DNA of 33,160 nucleotides, taken from contig JAUCBJ010005226.1 in assembly GCA_032718475.1 (NCBI GenBank), forward strand, positions 1-33,160, written 5' to 3'. Below the pieces are notes generated by a model. That model did not search any database. It was not told the origin of the DNA and saw nothing but the letters and a program-made list of their open reading frames with translations. Made by a program: the position numbers and the translations under genes. This stretch comes from Nemertoderma westbladi. Lineage: Eukaryota > Animalia > Xenacoelomorpha. Shown piece after piece: positions 1 through 12,350 of this stretch (its first letter is position 1; the number at the start of each line of letters is the position of its first letter).

Positions 1-175
1 AAGACGTAAAATAAAGACTACGGAGGTGGTTAAACATTGCTAAATAGACATTTTTAAGGGCTTGTTGTATGGAAATAACTGAGAAATTGATAAATCCGGC
101 CAGACCACCAGTAAAAAAAGGTGTCGATCTATCATCATACCGAATTTCGTAGCATTTTATTGAAATTTGAAAAAA

Positions 176-178
<3 letters not shown>

Positions 179-209
<31 letters not shown>

Positions 210-215
210 GGGGGG
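179..215 (+). repeat. Poly-G tract (G30-T-G6) inside a short inverted repeat (TAGGGGG...CCCCCTA)
   Basis: Read directly. Homopolymer length may be affected by sequencing error. Confidence 0.85.
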
Positions 216-1189
216 CTCCGACCCCCTAAAAATTGTTGTTGTATTAAGGGTTGTACTATTAGAAGGTCAATAAGTAAATAAATTAACAAACTAGTTTCAT
301 TATCAGCATTATAATAAATTTCAATGAAATTAAAATCAGTGCAGCGATTATTTACAATAAAAGAGCTGCTTTGTTATAAAGCTACTAAGTTGGTAACAGC
401 TTTCTAGTATCACACTTCAGCGCTTCTTTCATTCAATCGCTAAGCAGCCAATAAAAATAATATAATATTAATTATAGATTATTAGTATTGTATTATATTG
501 TTTACATTGTAAATAAACTAAATAATATTATGTTACACATCTCAATAACGGTGTTATATTTTACTAACCGTTTTATTATTATTACAGTTCGATATATAAC
601 AACGCAATATTATTATTTTCAGTATATATATATTGTATATATTGTATATATCCAAATATATTTATATAATTATTAACAGTGCGTGCAGGAGTGCAGCTGG
701 TATGGCGTGGCTCACTTGGTTAGATATGATTTATCGGTACAGCACCGCCGCTGATGGATTAATCTGTGGATCTCTATTAAGTGTGAATATAATTAATAAT
801 TCAAATACCAAACAAATTAATTATTGATGCTAAATATTTAATAATTTTTACTACAAGTGTGGGTGGGTTTATATATATCAATAATTCAATCACACGTAAC
901 AATAATTATCGCAATGAAATAATCACTGCTCACATTCAATCAGTACTTCGGATAATTTAAAATCTCGTTTTGAATCTCACTTACCAAACTTATTGTATTA
1001 CGATGAGAGTTTAAAATCAAAACGTATAAATAATGTTTTTTCCGGAAAATGGTAAATACGATATTAACTTAGTAAAATGCTATAAAAATACAAACCGAAA
1101 CTCAAATTTCACAAATAGGAAACGATACATACCGATTAATCTTTACTATGTCATTTGTCATCCCTATCATATTATTTCTATGCACTATT

Positions 1190-1510
1190 ATTCACAACTC
1201 AATAGGAATAACACGTTCGTGGGGTCTTCGCGCAGCACGAAGTGAGCAAAGCCTTTTAGCATATGGGTACCATTAACGAGTTGACTGCCGTTAGTCAGAT
1301 GTCTTCTACACAATACTCGTCCTCCTCATGTGCCTCGTTGCGTTCGTTCGTTTTTGATAAAACTTCCGACTCTTTCTAAACTTTTGACGGACTACATACA
1401 TACCAAGTTTCGTTTAATTTCATCAAGGAATAACCGAGTTATTAGCGATCAAAAATTTACGACGACAGACGACGACAGACAACTCGCCAATGGCACCTAT
1501 AACAGTAGAT
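1190..1510. mobile_element. Possible Helentron/DINE-1-like non-autonomous repeat remnant
   Basis: GACGACA/GACA micro-repeat at ~1458-1481 preceded by a CATACCAAGTTTCG segment, a layout reminiscent of invertebrate Helentron-associated repeats. Termini not resolved. Confidence 0.25.
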
Positions 1511-3099
1511 TACTTATTATCATTTTATACTGCAATATATTTAACCTACCACACGTTAACCACCGTCCGGATATACATAATTTCTTGATTTTTCAACGAA
1601 AAATACCGTGGGCTATCGGTTGCACAAATAGGAGTTATCAAAATATATTAAAAATTATAAATAAAAATAAAATGGAACTATGGTTTATCTTAGGCCGCTG
1701 CACTTCCATATATTTAACATTATTTTGTAATTGACTAGGCCTATGTAATTATATTTGCCTTTACCATTGACTGTATACTAGATAGAACAGGAGATATACA
1801 TAAAAACCCGGTACCAGGACCATATGTAGTACGATATATATCCGAGCATATAGTTGTAACTACCGAAGCCGTCTGGACCTAATTTGGACCTAATTGCGAA
1901 ATCGCGCAAAGGTCCGCGTCTACTAACGCATGAACTGTCCCTCGAATAGCTTACTCCAATCTTACAACAAAAATAATTCTCCGGAATGTCGGGATTGAAC
2001 TCGATACCTAGAGATTCCGAGCCCCACACTCTGCCAACTGAGCTAGGGCTGGGGTAAAACAGACTGTAAACAAGGGGGGAAAACAATTACGAGGAAAAAT
2101 GACCAGGGAGGGAGGAAAAACGCAGAGACGAAGGAAAAACGCAATAATGTATTTTTGTACCATACATATTTTTATTATAATTTTTATATATTTGTAATCC
2201 AGAGTACGCGCGGCAAACTATGGGAAGGCAAACCAGGATGTTGGACCATATAAGGCCGAAAAGATGAAACGGGAGCACCACCTCAGATAGAATACAATCG
2301 GGTCGTACACCCAGAAGTCGCGGCACAACCGGGGGTATAGCACTAAACCCAAATGCAGACTTATGCAGTACGAGTATTACCCCAGAACTGTAGGGAGAGC
2401 ACACATAATAGAACACCCCTTATACGTGCAGGATGGGAGCAGAGTACCACAATATAACGCAGCGCAATACAGCACAGTACCAATGGAACAACAGTAGAAC
2501 CCGCAGTTAATCTATGCAGCACCAATCAGCCAACCAGAACCCAATAGAGTGGTTAGCCAACATGAGGCCCTTATAGCGGCGAATGGGAGGAACCACCCAA
2601 TAGCAGCCCTAAATGCGGCAAGAAACGAACAGCTAGGTGGAATAAATAATAAATTGGCAAGATAAAGTATTACGGCAACCCTACAACAGAGACCAAGTAC
2701 AAGAACAATGGATTAATAGCCATAGAGATGAACAAAGACAGCAAGACAGGCAGCAACAGTTAGGAGTAGTACCCCAATTCCAAAGCGACCAGAGATTAAT
2801 CAAAGTATAATGGGAGCTACCCTACAGGCCTAATCAGGTATCCATCAATCGGTCAATGGAAAATAGATCATGAAATGCAACTATAACAAAAGAGAATGAG
2901 CGAGAGGAGAATCATGAGAATAATAACCAGGTACACATGTCAGCAAGGTCTGCGAATGAGACAACGACGGAGACAGCGTTAGGACATATAGCTACGCTAG
3001 CAGAAGAATTGAAGAATAAGTTTGAACTACTTTATATGATCGTGATTTAATCATTTGTTAATTTCCAGGAATTAATGAGAATAATTATTTCAGTTTAAT

Positions 3100-3640
3100 T
3101 TCTTAAACATATTATTTTCACAGTTATTGGGAATAGTTGGTAAGTATAAAGCAATAAAAGGTTAGTAAAACGAGGAGATAAGGTCGAAGTAAATATACAG
3201 ATGGAACACAGTGAACACAGGTAATGTAAACGAAAGTATATGAGGTATATGAGTTGAGGCGATGAGAGAATTATTAGTTCGTAAGTTAAGCTAAAATGGG
3301 GAGATTTGGAGATTGCTTTGGAATTAACCTGTGTGTGTCAGCAAGCTGACAGGGGGGCGTGTTAGTGTAGTAATCCCAAACCAATATACGAGAATAACCG
3401 AGAATAAATGATACAATAAATGACATGATTGGGAGAGTAACAACCGGAGATGACTTAGTGGCTATAGCGTGAGTGATGGTATGACATTGTTACAAAGCTA
3501 TCTAAAAGGTGTGAACGCATATTAGAATGTTAAATATGTATCAGCAGAACGAACAATGATGCAATAAACTACAGTGGGAATGCAATAATACAGTAAGGAC
3601 AATCAATGCATTTGGTTATTCGTTACTATAGAAGGGGACC
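3100..3640 (+). pseudogene. Heavily decayed non-LTR retrotransposon reverse transcriptase fragment
   Basis: Frameshifted peptides in RT motif order: GIVGK (~3129), GDCFGINL..QGGVL (~3308-3364; cf. GVRQGxxLSP), GDDLVAIA (3446-3469; cf. YADD), then LLQSYL. Many stops. Confidence 0.4.
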
Positions 3641-3980
3641 ATTAGAACATAGGGGAAATACCAGGTCAGTCACGGCTGAGGAGAGGAAGTAGCTAGCAAT
3701 TTGTATACGAAAGGTGAAGATGTAACCTATATTGGGGAGTAGTCAGATGTTGGTGCCAATTTATTGCGGTATAAAAGATTATGTTTTTAGGACAGTAGTT
3801 AATTCCATGGGTGCATTTCTAAAATAAATGTCACACCTCTCTCTCTCTCCTTACATTTATGTAACTTATATTGTATTATTGGTGATTACGCTACTTCGCA
3901 CCGCACGTGCAATATAATTGTTTGTGAGACAATATTACTAGTGAATGCCATTATATTACAAGTCAACAAGAACCCTCTTA

Positions 3981-3986
3981 TTTATT
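3981..3986 (-). promoter_or_regulatory. Candidate polyadenylation signal (AATAAA) for SSRP1
   Basis: TTTATT on + strand, ~570 nt downstream of the SSRP1 stop. Weak evidence in AT-rich DNA. Confidence 0.35.
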
Positions 3987-4555
3987 ACACTGCTTGCGGG
4001 GTCTAACACATATCTTCGACTGGCTACTCGTTGGACCGACGGCAGTTTCCCTGAGCGAAACCGGAAGTCACGTGGGAAGGGAGGTAGGCATTTCTACTAG
4101 AGAGCGCCTGTGGAATCGTATAAGGGTCTTTCGAGAATCTCACCCACTCGACGAAAGATATCCCTCTGGTGACCTTTGCCAGAGGAGTTGAGTTCCCTTA
4201 CATACGAGACACATTCGATTGTAGAAAAATGATAAACATGTCAAATGGACGTCTAATAGAAAACAGAGTTTGTTAAGAAACGACCTCGGGGGAACATTAA
4301 TGGTAAGATTATATTGGTACTAAATATAGTAATATTTAAAAACTGAATGAGTTAAATTATACCACTTTAATAACGAAAATGAACCGGTAATAATTTCGTA
4401 CAATATTGTGTAAATAATAACTAGATTAGCTGTATAATAATTTTAGTAGAAAGCAGAACACAATAAAATCGTAGACACAATTACATATTGCACGCCAATT
4501 CCTTCATCACAATTTCCAGATATTGATACAGTATTATTGGGCCCACCCAGTTGTC

Positions 4556-5656
4556 TCACTCACTCTCCTCACTGGTGCTGCTACCTTCCCCAGACGCACT
4601 AACATCGCCCTCCCCACTCAATATCTCCTCCTCGCTGGGCAGCTCTCCGGCGTCGGATTCCTCCTCCTTCCTGTAGGTGGACCTGGTCGTCGCCCTCCGT
4701 AACGGACGCTCTTCTTCCTCACTCTCTTCCGACTCCTCCTCGCTGCTTCCATCAGCCTCCCCTTCCACATCGCTGTCAACTTCTTCCTTAACGATCACCT
4801 CCTTCTTCGGTTTCACGAGTTTCTTACTCGGTTTACGTTCGGTATCGCTACTATCGTCGTCGCTAGACGACGAAACAAACTCCTTACTTATAGGATTGCC
4901 CTTCCGGGGGGACGCTGTAACCTTCCCCCCACCGCCCCCCTTCCCTTTGCCCCCTCGCTCGCCAGCCCCCTTACCCTTCTTCCTGGGCGGCGTACCCAGC
5001 AGCACTGGGTTCGGATTGTTCTCCTGGTACTTCCGCAACGTTTCCGCGTAGGCGATCTTCGCGACTTTAACCTTTTCGTCATATTCCCGCTTCTCCTCGC
5101 CGCTCACCTTCTTCCAACGCTCGCCGCCCATCTTCGCGATATCGACCACGGACGCGTTGGGCTCTTCCGCCTTGAAGGCGCTTCGGTTATCGTTCAACCA
5201 CATTAGATAGGCGCTCACCGGTTTCTTAGGGGCATTCGGATCTTTCCTCTTTGATTTCTTCTCCGGAACTTCCCTCGTCTTCTTCTTCGTAAATTTCTTC
5301 TCTTTCACGACCTTCATTACCTTCTTTGGTTTCCTCTCCTCATCGGAACTTCCCCGTTTACGTCTCTTCTCCGACGGTTCATCCCCATCCGACGACGTCT
5401 CCCCCGCGTTGCTATCGTACTCTTCAGCTACGTCGCTCTCAGACTTGGGTTTAAAGTCCTCGTCCTCGCTATCCGAATCATCGTCAACATCCTCCCTCTC
5501 TTTACCTTCCCTCTTCATTCTCTTCATGTAGTAATCGTTGTCTTCGTCCTCGTCGCTAATGTCATCATCCCTGCCGACGACGTCGTCTTTGCTCGTCCGG
5601 TTCCGGACGCGTAAACCCCGCGAGTTAACGAAGTCGTACAGACCGCCATACTCCTC
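4556..5656 (-). CDS. SSRP1: FACT complex subunit SSRP1, exon 2 (end of middle domain, acidic region, HMG box, acidic C-terminal tail)
   Basis: Acceptor ttctcttcccccAG|GAGGAG gives EEYGGLYDFVNSRGL, continuing exon 1 FSSIEK (cf. conserved FSSIEREEYxKLFDFV). In frame with ORF 4556..5527, which has the HMG box KDPNAPKKPVSAYLMWLNDNR...GGERWK and the SKEFVSS motif. Confidence 0.95.
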   Translation of the reverse strand, partial: EEYGGLYDFVNSRGLRVRNRTSKDDVVGRDDDISDEDEDNDYYMKRMKREGKEREDVDDDSDSEDEDFKPKSESDVAEEYDSNAGETSSDGDEPSEKRRKRGSSDEERKPKKVMKVVKEKKFTKKKTREVPEKKSKRKDPNAPKKPVSAYLMWLNDNRSAFKAEEPNASVVDIAKMGGERWKKVSGEEKREYDEKVKVAKIAYAETLRKYQENNPNPVLLGTPPRKKGKGAGERGGKGKGGGGGKVTASPRKGNPISKEFVSSSSDDDSSDTERKPSKKLVKPKKEVIVKEEVDSDVEGEADGSSEEESEESEEEERPLRRATTRSTYRKEEESDAGELPSEEEILSGEGDVSASGEGSSTSEESE

Positions 5657-6689
5657 CTGGGGGAAGAGAATGTTTCATTAGAAATCTAATCAATAAAATT
5701 GCGAAAATATTGGCTACTACAGACAAAGTAGGAACATTATATCGGGAAGATGTTGTCGTATTCAATTATGCTATTCTCGAGTGAAAATATTTATCACGAT
5801 GGTTAATAAATAATAGTAAGTGAAATAACTGATATATTTTAATTAATTAGAATTCATAATAGTAACTATAAAGGAAATATAGAAACTATAAATGGTTCAC
5901 TTAAGGGAAGTCTTTACATTGAAGACCGGTTTGGTTTTGGTACAGAACTGTATTTGAACTCTTTGAAAAGTTTTCCCTCCTTAAAGTTGGCGCAGCGCGT
6001 CTGAGGTGCTCAAGCCACACGTTACAAGTGGAGGGGAGGTAGGTCGGTGGGAGCGACAGAGGCATTTTACAGATTTATAATGTAGATAGGACAATATGAT
6101 AATGCTCTCCATAGCGAAAAATATTTCATTTATTAATATTAATTTTACAGATTTACCGCGCATAGAGAACTAAGAATAAAATTTATTAAAATGTATTATG
6201 AATTATTTTCATCCGTTTTTAAGTATCGCAAATTATTATCATCCCAGTCCAGATCTGAAGTGAAAAATCTATCTGCCTCTATTAGTAAGGATGTCAAACT
6301 CGGAAATATATCGTTATTGCTACAATCGAGGCGATTCAATTTTCTTGATGTTATTTCTTTGTGTATTATTGTGCAATTGGGAATTGTCTTCCCGGCGCTG
6401 AGCTGACAATGGTTATACAGATCAATAATTTCCGCTGTGATGTTGGAGATCTGTACAGTTGATTGTTGATTTACTAATATTTTTATATTATTCAATGTGC
6501 TGCCAACTTATAGCATGAATAATGCTTGCTGCTGAATATACGAACTATTACTATTAAAGTGCTCTTTAATGTGATTATTGTTTAATTATTGTAGTACCGG
6601 TTCTGGTATAAAGGTACTGGTCTGGTACATCACACAACAAAATAATGAAAATAAATTGTTTATCAATAAGAAAGAAACCCCCAACAAAC
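5657..6689 (-). other. SSRP1: SSRP1 intron (1033 nt, phase 0, GT-AG)
   Basis: Donor AAG|GTTTGT at 6689, acceptor CAG ending at 5657. The join restores the conserved protein sequence. Confidence 0.9.
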
Positions 6690-7904
6690 CTTCTCTATGG
6701 AACTGAACGTGAAGGAACCCGCGTTCCGCGTTTCGACCTCGAAGTCGAAGAACCTACTGCTGCCGGCGGCGCGGGCGAAATCGATGTTGACAATCTCGTC
6801 GAATCGGATGTGGACCGGGGGCTTGTGGACGTACAAGAATCCCTTATCGAGGGGGTAGAGGAACCCGGAAGAGGCCCGATGGGAGCAGCTGATGGCAGCG
6901 GAACCGGGTGTGGCGCCCCGGAATCCACCCGGAACGGTTATCTTACGACCGATTAAACTCTTCATTGTCCGCGAGACAACCTCAAACAAAGTACCCGACA
7001 TCTCCCTCTGCAGCTTCCCCTGGTACTTCGTCTCCAATTCCTCGTCTGTAACGTTGAGTTCTAACTCGATATCTTCGTCTTTATTGAATTGCAGGATCAC
7101 GAAATGGTACCGAGTTTGTCCTTGTTTGATCGGAGGATCTAAAGAGATCACGAAGAACATCGAGCGGCCGTCTTTATGGGGAAGCAAGAAGAGTCTGAGC
7201 ACAGTGTTGTAGGGGATCTTGTAGTCGTATGTCTTCCCGTAAAGGTGCAGGAAGGTCGAGTAGAGTTTGATCTCGTAGCGACCTCGGGGTGTTAGACTCG
7301 GCATGTCCGGTATCGTTGCTATCGCGTCTCCGGTCGCTTGCATTATATCCGCGTTAGCGACGACACCCTCATGAAGTTTCATGACGGTGTCGACGTTCTC
7401 GTGGGCGGGGATGTACAGTCGCATCTCCATTAGGGATATCGGCGAGTCGTCGCTCTGATGGAATTCCAGAGCGATCTCGTTCTTCCCTGGGGTGCTCTTC
7501 ATAACGTTCTCAAGTGGAATTTCGAAGGAAGGTCGTCCTTCCACCTCAAAGGAAAGGACCTTCCCGTTGACTGAGGTCTGGCCCCAGTTCCAACCCTTTA
7601 CCGACATCTCTTTAGTTTCTAATTCAATCTCACAATGTTTACCTAAATAATCCTTGACTGCCGAATAATCGGCCTCTTTAAATCCATCGAACTTGAGTAA
7701 ATTACCGGCTTTCGTGTAGAACTTTAGTTCGTAGCAATGCGCGAGTTGCATCCAATGCAACACGTCTACATCGTGGTATCCGAGTTGGTCTACTTTGCCG
7801 GTTTTGTTGCTCTTAAAAAGGAGCCCATTCTGATTTAGTTTCAGTTTGCCGGGATGAATGGAGCCGCGTATTGGATGTTTAACATCGAACTCAAGGACAT
7901 CCAT
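6690..7904 (-). CDS. SSRP1: FACT complex subunit SSRP1, exon 1 (N-terminal PH/dimerisation and Rtt106-like middle domains, 405 codons)
   Basis: Diagnostic SSRP1/Pob3 motifs: SVKGWNWG, KNEIALEFHQ, LMEMRLYIP, LTPRGRY, LYGKTYDYKIPY, LDPPIKQGQTRY, GFLYPL..GFLYVHKPP. Confidence 0.97.
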
Positions 7905-8127
7905 TATGTGCGGAAATGGAAATACATAAATATGACTACAAAATACCGTACATGTACCGGTCGCCGCCGGTAAGCAGGTAAGGTACCCGGCCCGGATATT
8001 ATCAGACTATTATGCTAGGCCTGCAGCCTGTAGGCAGCTAGGTAGAAGGTAGCCTACCGGTATGCCTCTTAAAGTCTTACACTGTTACACAAGTGTCAAG
8101 TATGAAGTAGGCCAACGGTGACGGTAC

Positions 8128-9545
8128 TAGATTAGATTAGATATTTATTGACATTGTATATGTAACAACATATAAAGACGCGCACCGCAAGAACACAAAA
8201 TATATGAAGGTACCGTTACATTGTCTGGTTAATATATGTTTAATGTAAATAGGGCGTGAGGAAGCAAATGCTTTTAAAGCCAGTACACACAATAAATAAA
8301 TTTAACAGAGACATATGTAAAATATATATATGAAATTGTACTGTACACATAAATAAAATATTGACTGGGTTAAAACACGTCTTGTTTTAGGTAAAACTGA
8401 ACGTAATCGGGACCGCACAAAGTAGTATGATAATAGGCTGGGAAAAAAAAAAATCGTTAGTTCAAATTAGTATTAAAATTCCCGGTCAGGATAGTCCATC
8501 GGCATGTATATAAGTTTATAAATTAATCTCAATACCGGGTCCGGGTGTATCAAGTTCATCAGGCCAAATTACAAAATTATAATATAAAATTAATGTCAGG
8601 AATAAAAGGCATATAAAAAGTATTATGAACTAGGTATTGTGGTATATAGGGTGATGAACAAATCATGTCCACCAGGAAGGGGTGAACTTTAATGGAAGGT
8701 TATGGTAATGTTCGTTTAGTCGGTGTTTAAAAACGTTCAGTGACGGCGACGATATGACGGATTCAGATAACGCATTCCACGGTTCTACAACTCGGAAATG
8801 GAATGTTGAGTTCCGCTGAAGTAGACGCGCTCTGGGTTTGGACAGTTTTTTAGAGTGTCCTCTGAGACCATCGCTGGGCGCGAGTGTGAGTACTGCGGAG
8901 CAGTCGACATCCTCCATCCCGGATAGGTAGCGAAATACCTGTGTCGGCGGTATTCCAATGTTGGAAGAGCCAATTCTCGCAACCGTGTTGGATACGGTTT
9001 GTCTCGCATACTCCAGACTAACCTCGTTGCACGGCGCTGCACTGACTCTAATAGCCTAATTTCGCCAATGCGATGTGGAGACCAGACTGGGGAGGCGTAT
9101 TCAAGAATAGGTCTCACCAATGATTTGTATAAGTTAGTAAACATTGTGGAGTCCAGGAGTTTGAAGTGGCGCCATATCAACCCCAGAGTTCTATTGGCTT
9201 TCTTGGTAATAGTTCCAATGTGCTTCCCAAATGTTAGCGTATTCTGGAACGTCACACCGAGGTCCTTCTCAAATTGGACAGTTTGTAATATTGACGGACC
9301 AAGGGTGTACTGAAAACCGGGGTTATTGAATCCTAGGTGCATTATTTTACATTTCTTGCTGTTGAATAGTAGCTGCCATGTGGTGCCCCAGGTATACAAT
9401 ATATCTAGGTCAGACTGAAGTGGTCCTATGGAATGCTGAGGAATGCTTGGGTGGAAAATGCAGCTGTCTTTCGTATCGTCGGCGAACATTTGTAGAATGA
9501 ATTGGGTTAGAGAGGGGATGTCGTTAACGTAGCTGATGAAATATA
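8128..9545 (-). mobile_element. 5'-truncated CR1-clade LINE (ORF2 RT C-terminal half, 3' UTR and tail)
   Basis: ORFs 8785..9597 and 8663..8917 encode FADDTK, LQSDLD..W...WQL.FN..KCKIMHLG, EKDLGV, LYKSLVRPILEYASPVWSP, LESVQRRATR, RVVEPWNAL. Minus-strand AATAAA followed by (ATCTA)3 at 8149-8128 resembles a CR1 3' end. Confidence 0.9.
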
Positions 9546-9959
9546 TTATAGAGTTTATCCCCCCCCTGTGGGGATAAACTCTATATACACTGTCCACCGC
9601 ATTGATCTATCTTAAATTAACATACATACAATAAATTGTAGTATTAGAATACTAATAGTACAGCCAAATTAGAATAAATAACTTTCTGACATATATAGAT
9701 ATAAATATAAATATATACAATTTCAAATGGATATCAAGATTTTAAATAGATTGTCTACATGTACTACACTATCAGACTATGTTGGGCGGGCCACGAAGTT
9801 CGGCGAGCCACTGAACAATTTGCAATTCACTACCGAATGGTTCAATAATTAACGTTATACAGACATTACAGTACGATACATTGATTAGAATAAATAAATA
9901 AATAACTAAATATACATGGATACAACTAAATAAATAAATATGAGAACCTTATTGGCTTA

Positions 9960-10510
9960 TTAGCCAATATGGCCTTCGAGCACATATAGTGCGCGGTGTA
10001 CTAAGCCTATTGTGTCTGTGTGAGGGTTTTGCAAGTCATTGAGAGACGTTATGCGGAATGGGTGAAGGGAATCCCGATCGTTCTTTAGAAGAGGACAATC
10101 TTCCAGAATGTGTAGCTCGGTCTGGGTATCCCCGCAAGCACAAATTCGCGAGTTTCGGTCGGTATGGCTCCATCGTCCACGCTCTACGGCCAGGTTTGTA
10201 GACGTCAAGCGAAAGCGGGACCAGCTGATTCTCAATTTCTCATCTACAATGGACCCTGAGCTGTAGACTGACGGTTTGTCTAGGTTCGGGTTCACCTCAC
10301 GATATATTGACATTCGCGTGGAAGTTGCGCTTGCGATTGTGGTTTTTACAGTAGTACGTCCGGCTTGCAAAGGATTCCGGTCGTCTGCAACGATCTTGTC
10401 TATCGTCTTGGCCATTCTAGTCCCGGACTGCCTGCACATATCAAGCACCATAATTAGTTAGAGGTTCATGTAAATCTGGTTTAGCTAGAATTCCTATCAG
10501 GAATTTTCGA
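9960..10510 (-). mobile_element. 3' fragment of a second non-LTR retrotransposon ORF2 (C-terminal Cys/His domain)
   Basis: SRFRLTSTNLAVERGRW...RICACG...TELHILEDCP matches the RFRxxxHxLxIExGR...RxCxxC...ExHxLxxCP C-terminal motif of CR1/L2-group LINEs. Confidence 0.75.
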
Positions 10511-11219
10511 TGTTTGTGCTCGACTAGAGATTTCGGATTTGGTTCGCCAGTTTCAGTGAATAGTGTTTCACGCACTGTGTTCGGACGAACCCCTATTGCC
10601 TATCGAACCCCTACTACAGTACTACCGGTACCGGTATTGTACTACCTGACTACCCAGCTCAGCAGCTACCGCGCGCAGTACCGCGCAGCCGCGCCAAGTT
10701 GGACTTGGAATACGTAGGCCTACCGCTGTACCGACTGACCGACCAGCCGACACGGATTCGCGCCGTACAAAGTTATAGGCCTACATTTGCGCCGCGCCAG
10801 ACGAAAATTCGCGCCGATCCACATTAAAATTTTCTAAATGTGCAACAAAATGGAAATTAAAATAATTAATTTGGTCTGTTGGTAAATACAGGAATATGTT
10901 GATAAAATTGAGACAAATGCTACCGGTACCGCCCGACGGCCCGTCGGTACAATTGAACATTGAATAAAGTAAAGTATGCCTGTACCGTATGCCATTTTGC
11001 CTTTACAACTTTAAGAAGTTATGTAAGCCTACGTCAGTCCAGCAGTCAGTCAGTCAGGGAGAAGTTCTATTTTCAACTGAGTTGAAATTTCATCTTTATT
11101 TTTTAAAATTCAACTTTTTATTAAAATTCAACTTTTGGAGTAGGTTCTGTAAAATGTACATGCTTTAGCGTACTTTGCCAGATATGTGTTAATTTTATGT
11201 TAATCTACTGTACAGATGT

Positions 11220-11995
11220 CCAATTTTGAAAATCCTTTCAATAGTTCAATTGCTAGAGACAACTTATTTCTCGCGTTTTAGAGGTTTATGGCGGTTGTGA
11301 ATTCAATGGAATAAATAATCATTTAACTAGACATCTCAAACTTGTATTTTTCGGAAGTGGGTGCAAAATTACAAATTTTGAAAACCATCAAATACAGTAT
11401 ATCAATTGATTGTGTCACCTTGTTTCTTGCGTTATACGGTTTTTTTGAGGGTTCTGAAGTCAATGGAATAAGTAAAAATTGCATAAGAGTTTTCAAACTT
11501 GTACTTTTCGCAGGTGTGTGAAAATTGTTGTGCCAGCACCAAATTTTTGAAAATAATCAAATTTGTAGATAGATTAGATACAGTAGTATCATCTTGTTTC
11601 TTGCGTTATACGGGTTTATGAGGGTCCTGAATCAGATGGATTAAATAAAAACAGCACTGGACATCTCAACTTGTACTTTTTGGTGATGGGTACGACATTT
11701 GGTGCTAACACCAAAATTTGCCATATTACGCCGAAAAATACGAGAAGCAATGATCTGGCAAATTAGAAATGTATTCCATTAGAATCAGCGCCCCAGAAAA
11801 CCCGAAAATGAATGTGAATATATATTCATCGTACATGTGAATTAAGCATTTTGTGTTCAAACTGAAAAGTGCTGGTTACTTGATTTTTTCATTTTTTTCG
11901 CCAACGTAGAGGACTAAAACAGCCATTTACTGTACAGTAATCAGATCATTTTAAACATTTTTCAATGGATTTTGCGCCCAGAAAACCTATAAATT
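11220..11995. repeat. Three diverged ~150-180 bp direct units followed by two partial inverted units; probably the interior of a DNA transposon
   Basis: Recurrent TTTC(T)TGCGTT...GGTTT..GAGGG...GA.TC.ATGGA...AACTTGTA.TTTT at ~11265, ~11420 and ~11595. Inverted GCGCCC(C)AGAAAACC at ~11790 and ~11975. Confidence 0.55.
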
Positions 11996-12228
11996 GAAAA
12001 ACAATTGCCGAAAATTATAACTTTCAAAATTTATGAAAATTGTTCACTAGGCCTACTTGTATTTTTGGTACAGTACAATAATAATAGAATAAAATAAAAT
12101 TTTAAATACAGTACAACCCAGTATATATTTTCGAAAATTTTTTTCCGTCGTAATCAGACTAGAAAAATCTACGTAAAAACAAAAAATCAGACGGTTTGGA
12201 TCATATCTATGTAGAATCTAAATTTAGT

Positions 12229-12350
12229 GAAGGAGCAGGTTACAGTGGCATGTTTCTATAGCGAAAACAATATACGAAACTCATTAGAACAGGTTACAGT
12301 GGCATGTTTCTATATCCAAAACAATAAACGAAACTCATTAGAACAGGTTA
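12229..12350 (-). repeat. Two-and-a-bit 54-bp tandem units related to the 68-bp minisatellite monomer
   Basis: CAGGTTA at 12236, 12290 and 12344; the first two are followed by ...AAAACAATA.ACGAAAC. This is the reverse complement of the 15708-16305 unit core. Confidence 0.75.

Noticed and set aside
4060-4190. CCGGAAGTCACGTG (ETS/E-box) and hairpin CCTCTGG...CCAGAGG as a promoter or ncRNA
   Set aside because: Probably within the SSRP1 3' UTR; a single short stem and motif are not enough support.
4677-7212. Plus-strand and alternative-frame ORFs over SSRP1; treating the two SSRP1 ORFs as separate genes
   Set aside because: The shadow ORFs are artefacts, and a canonical GT-AG splice joins the two exons across a conserved motif.
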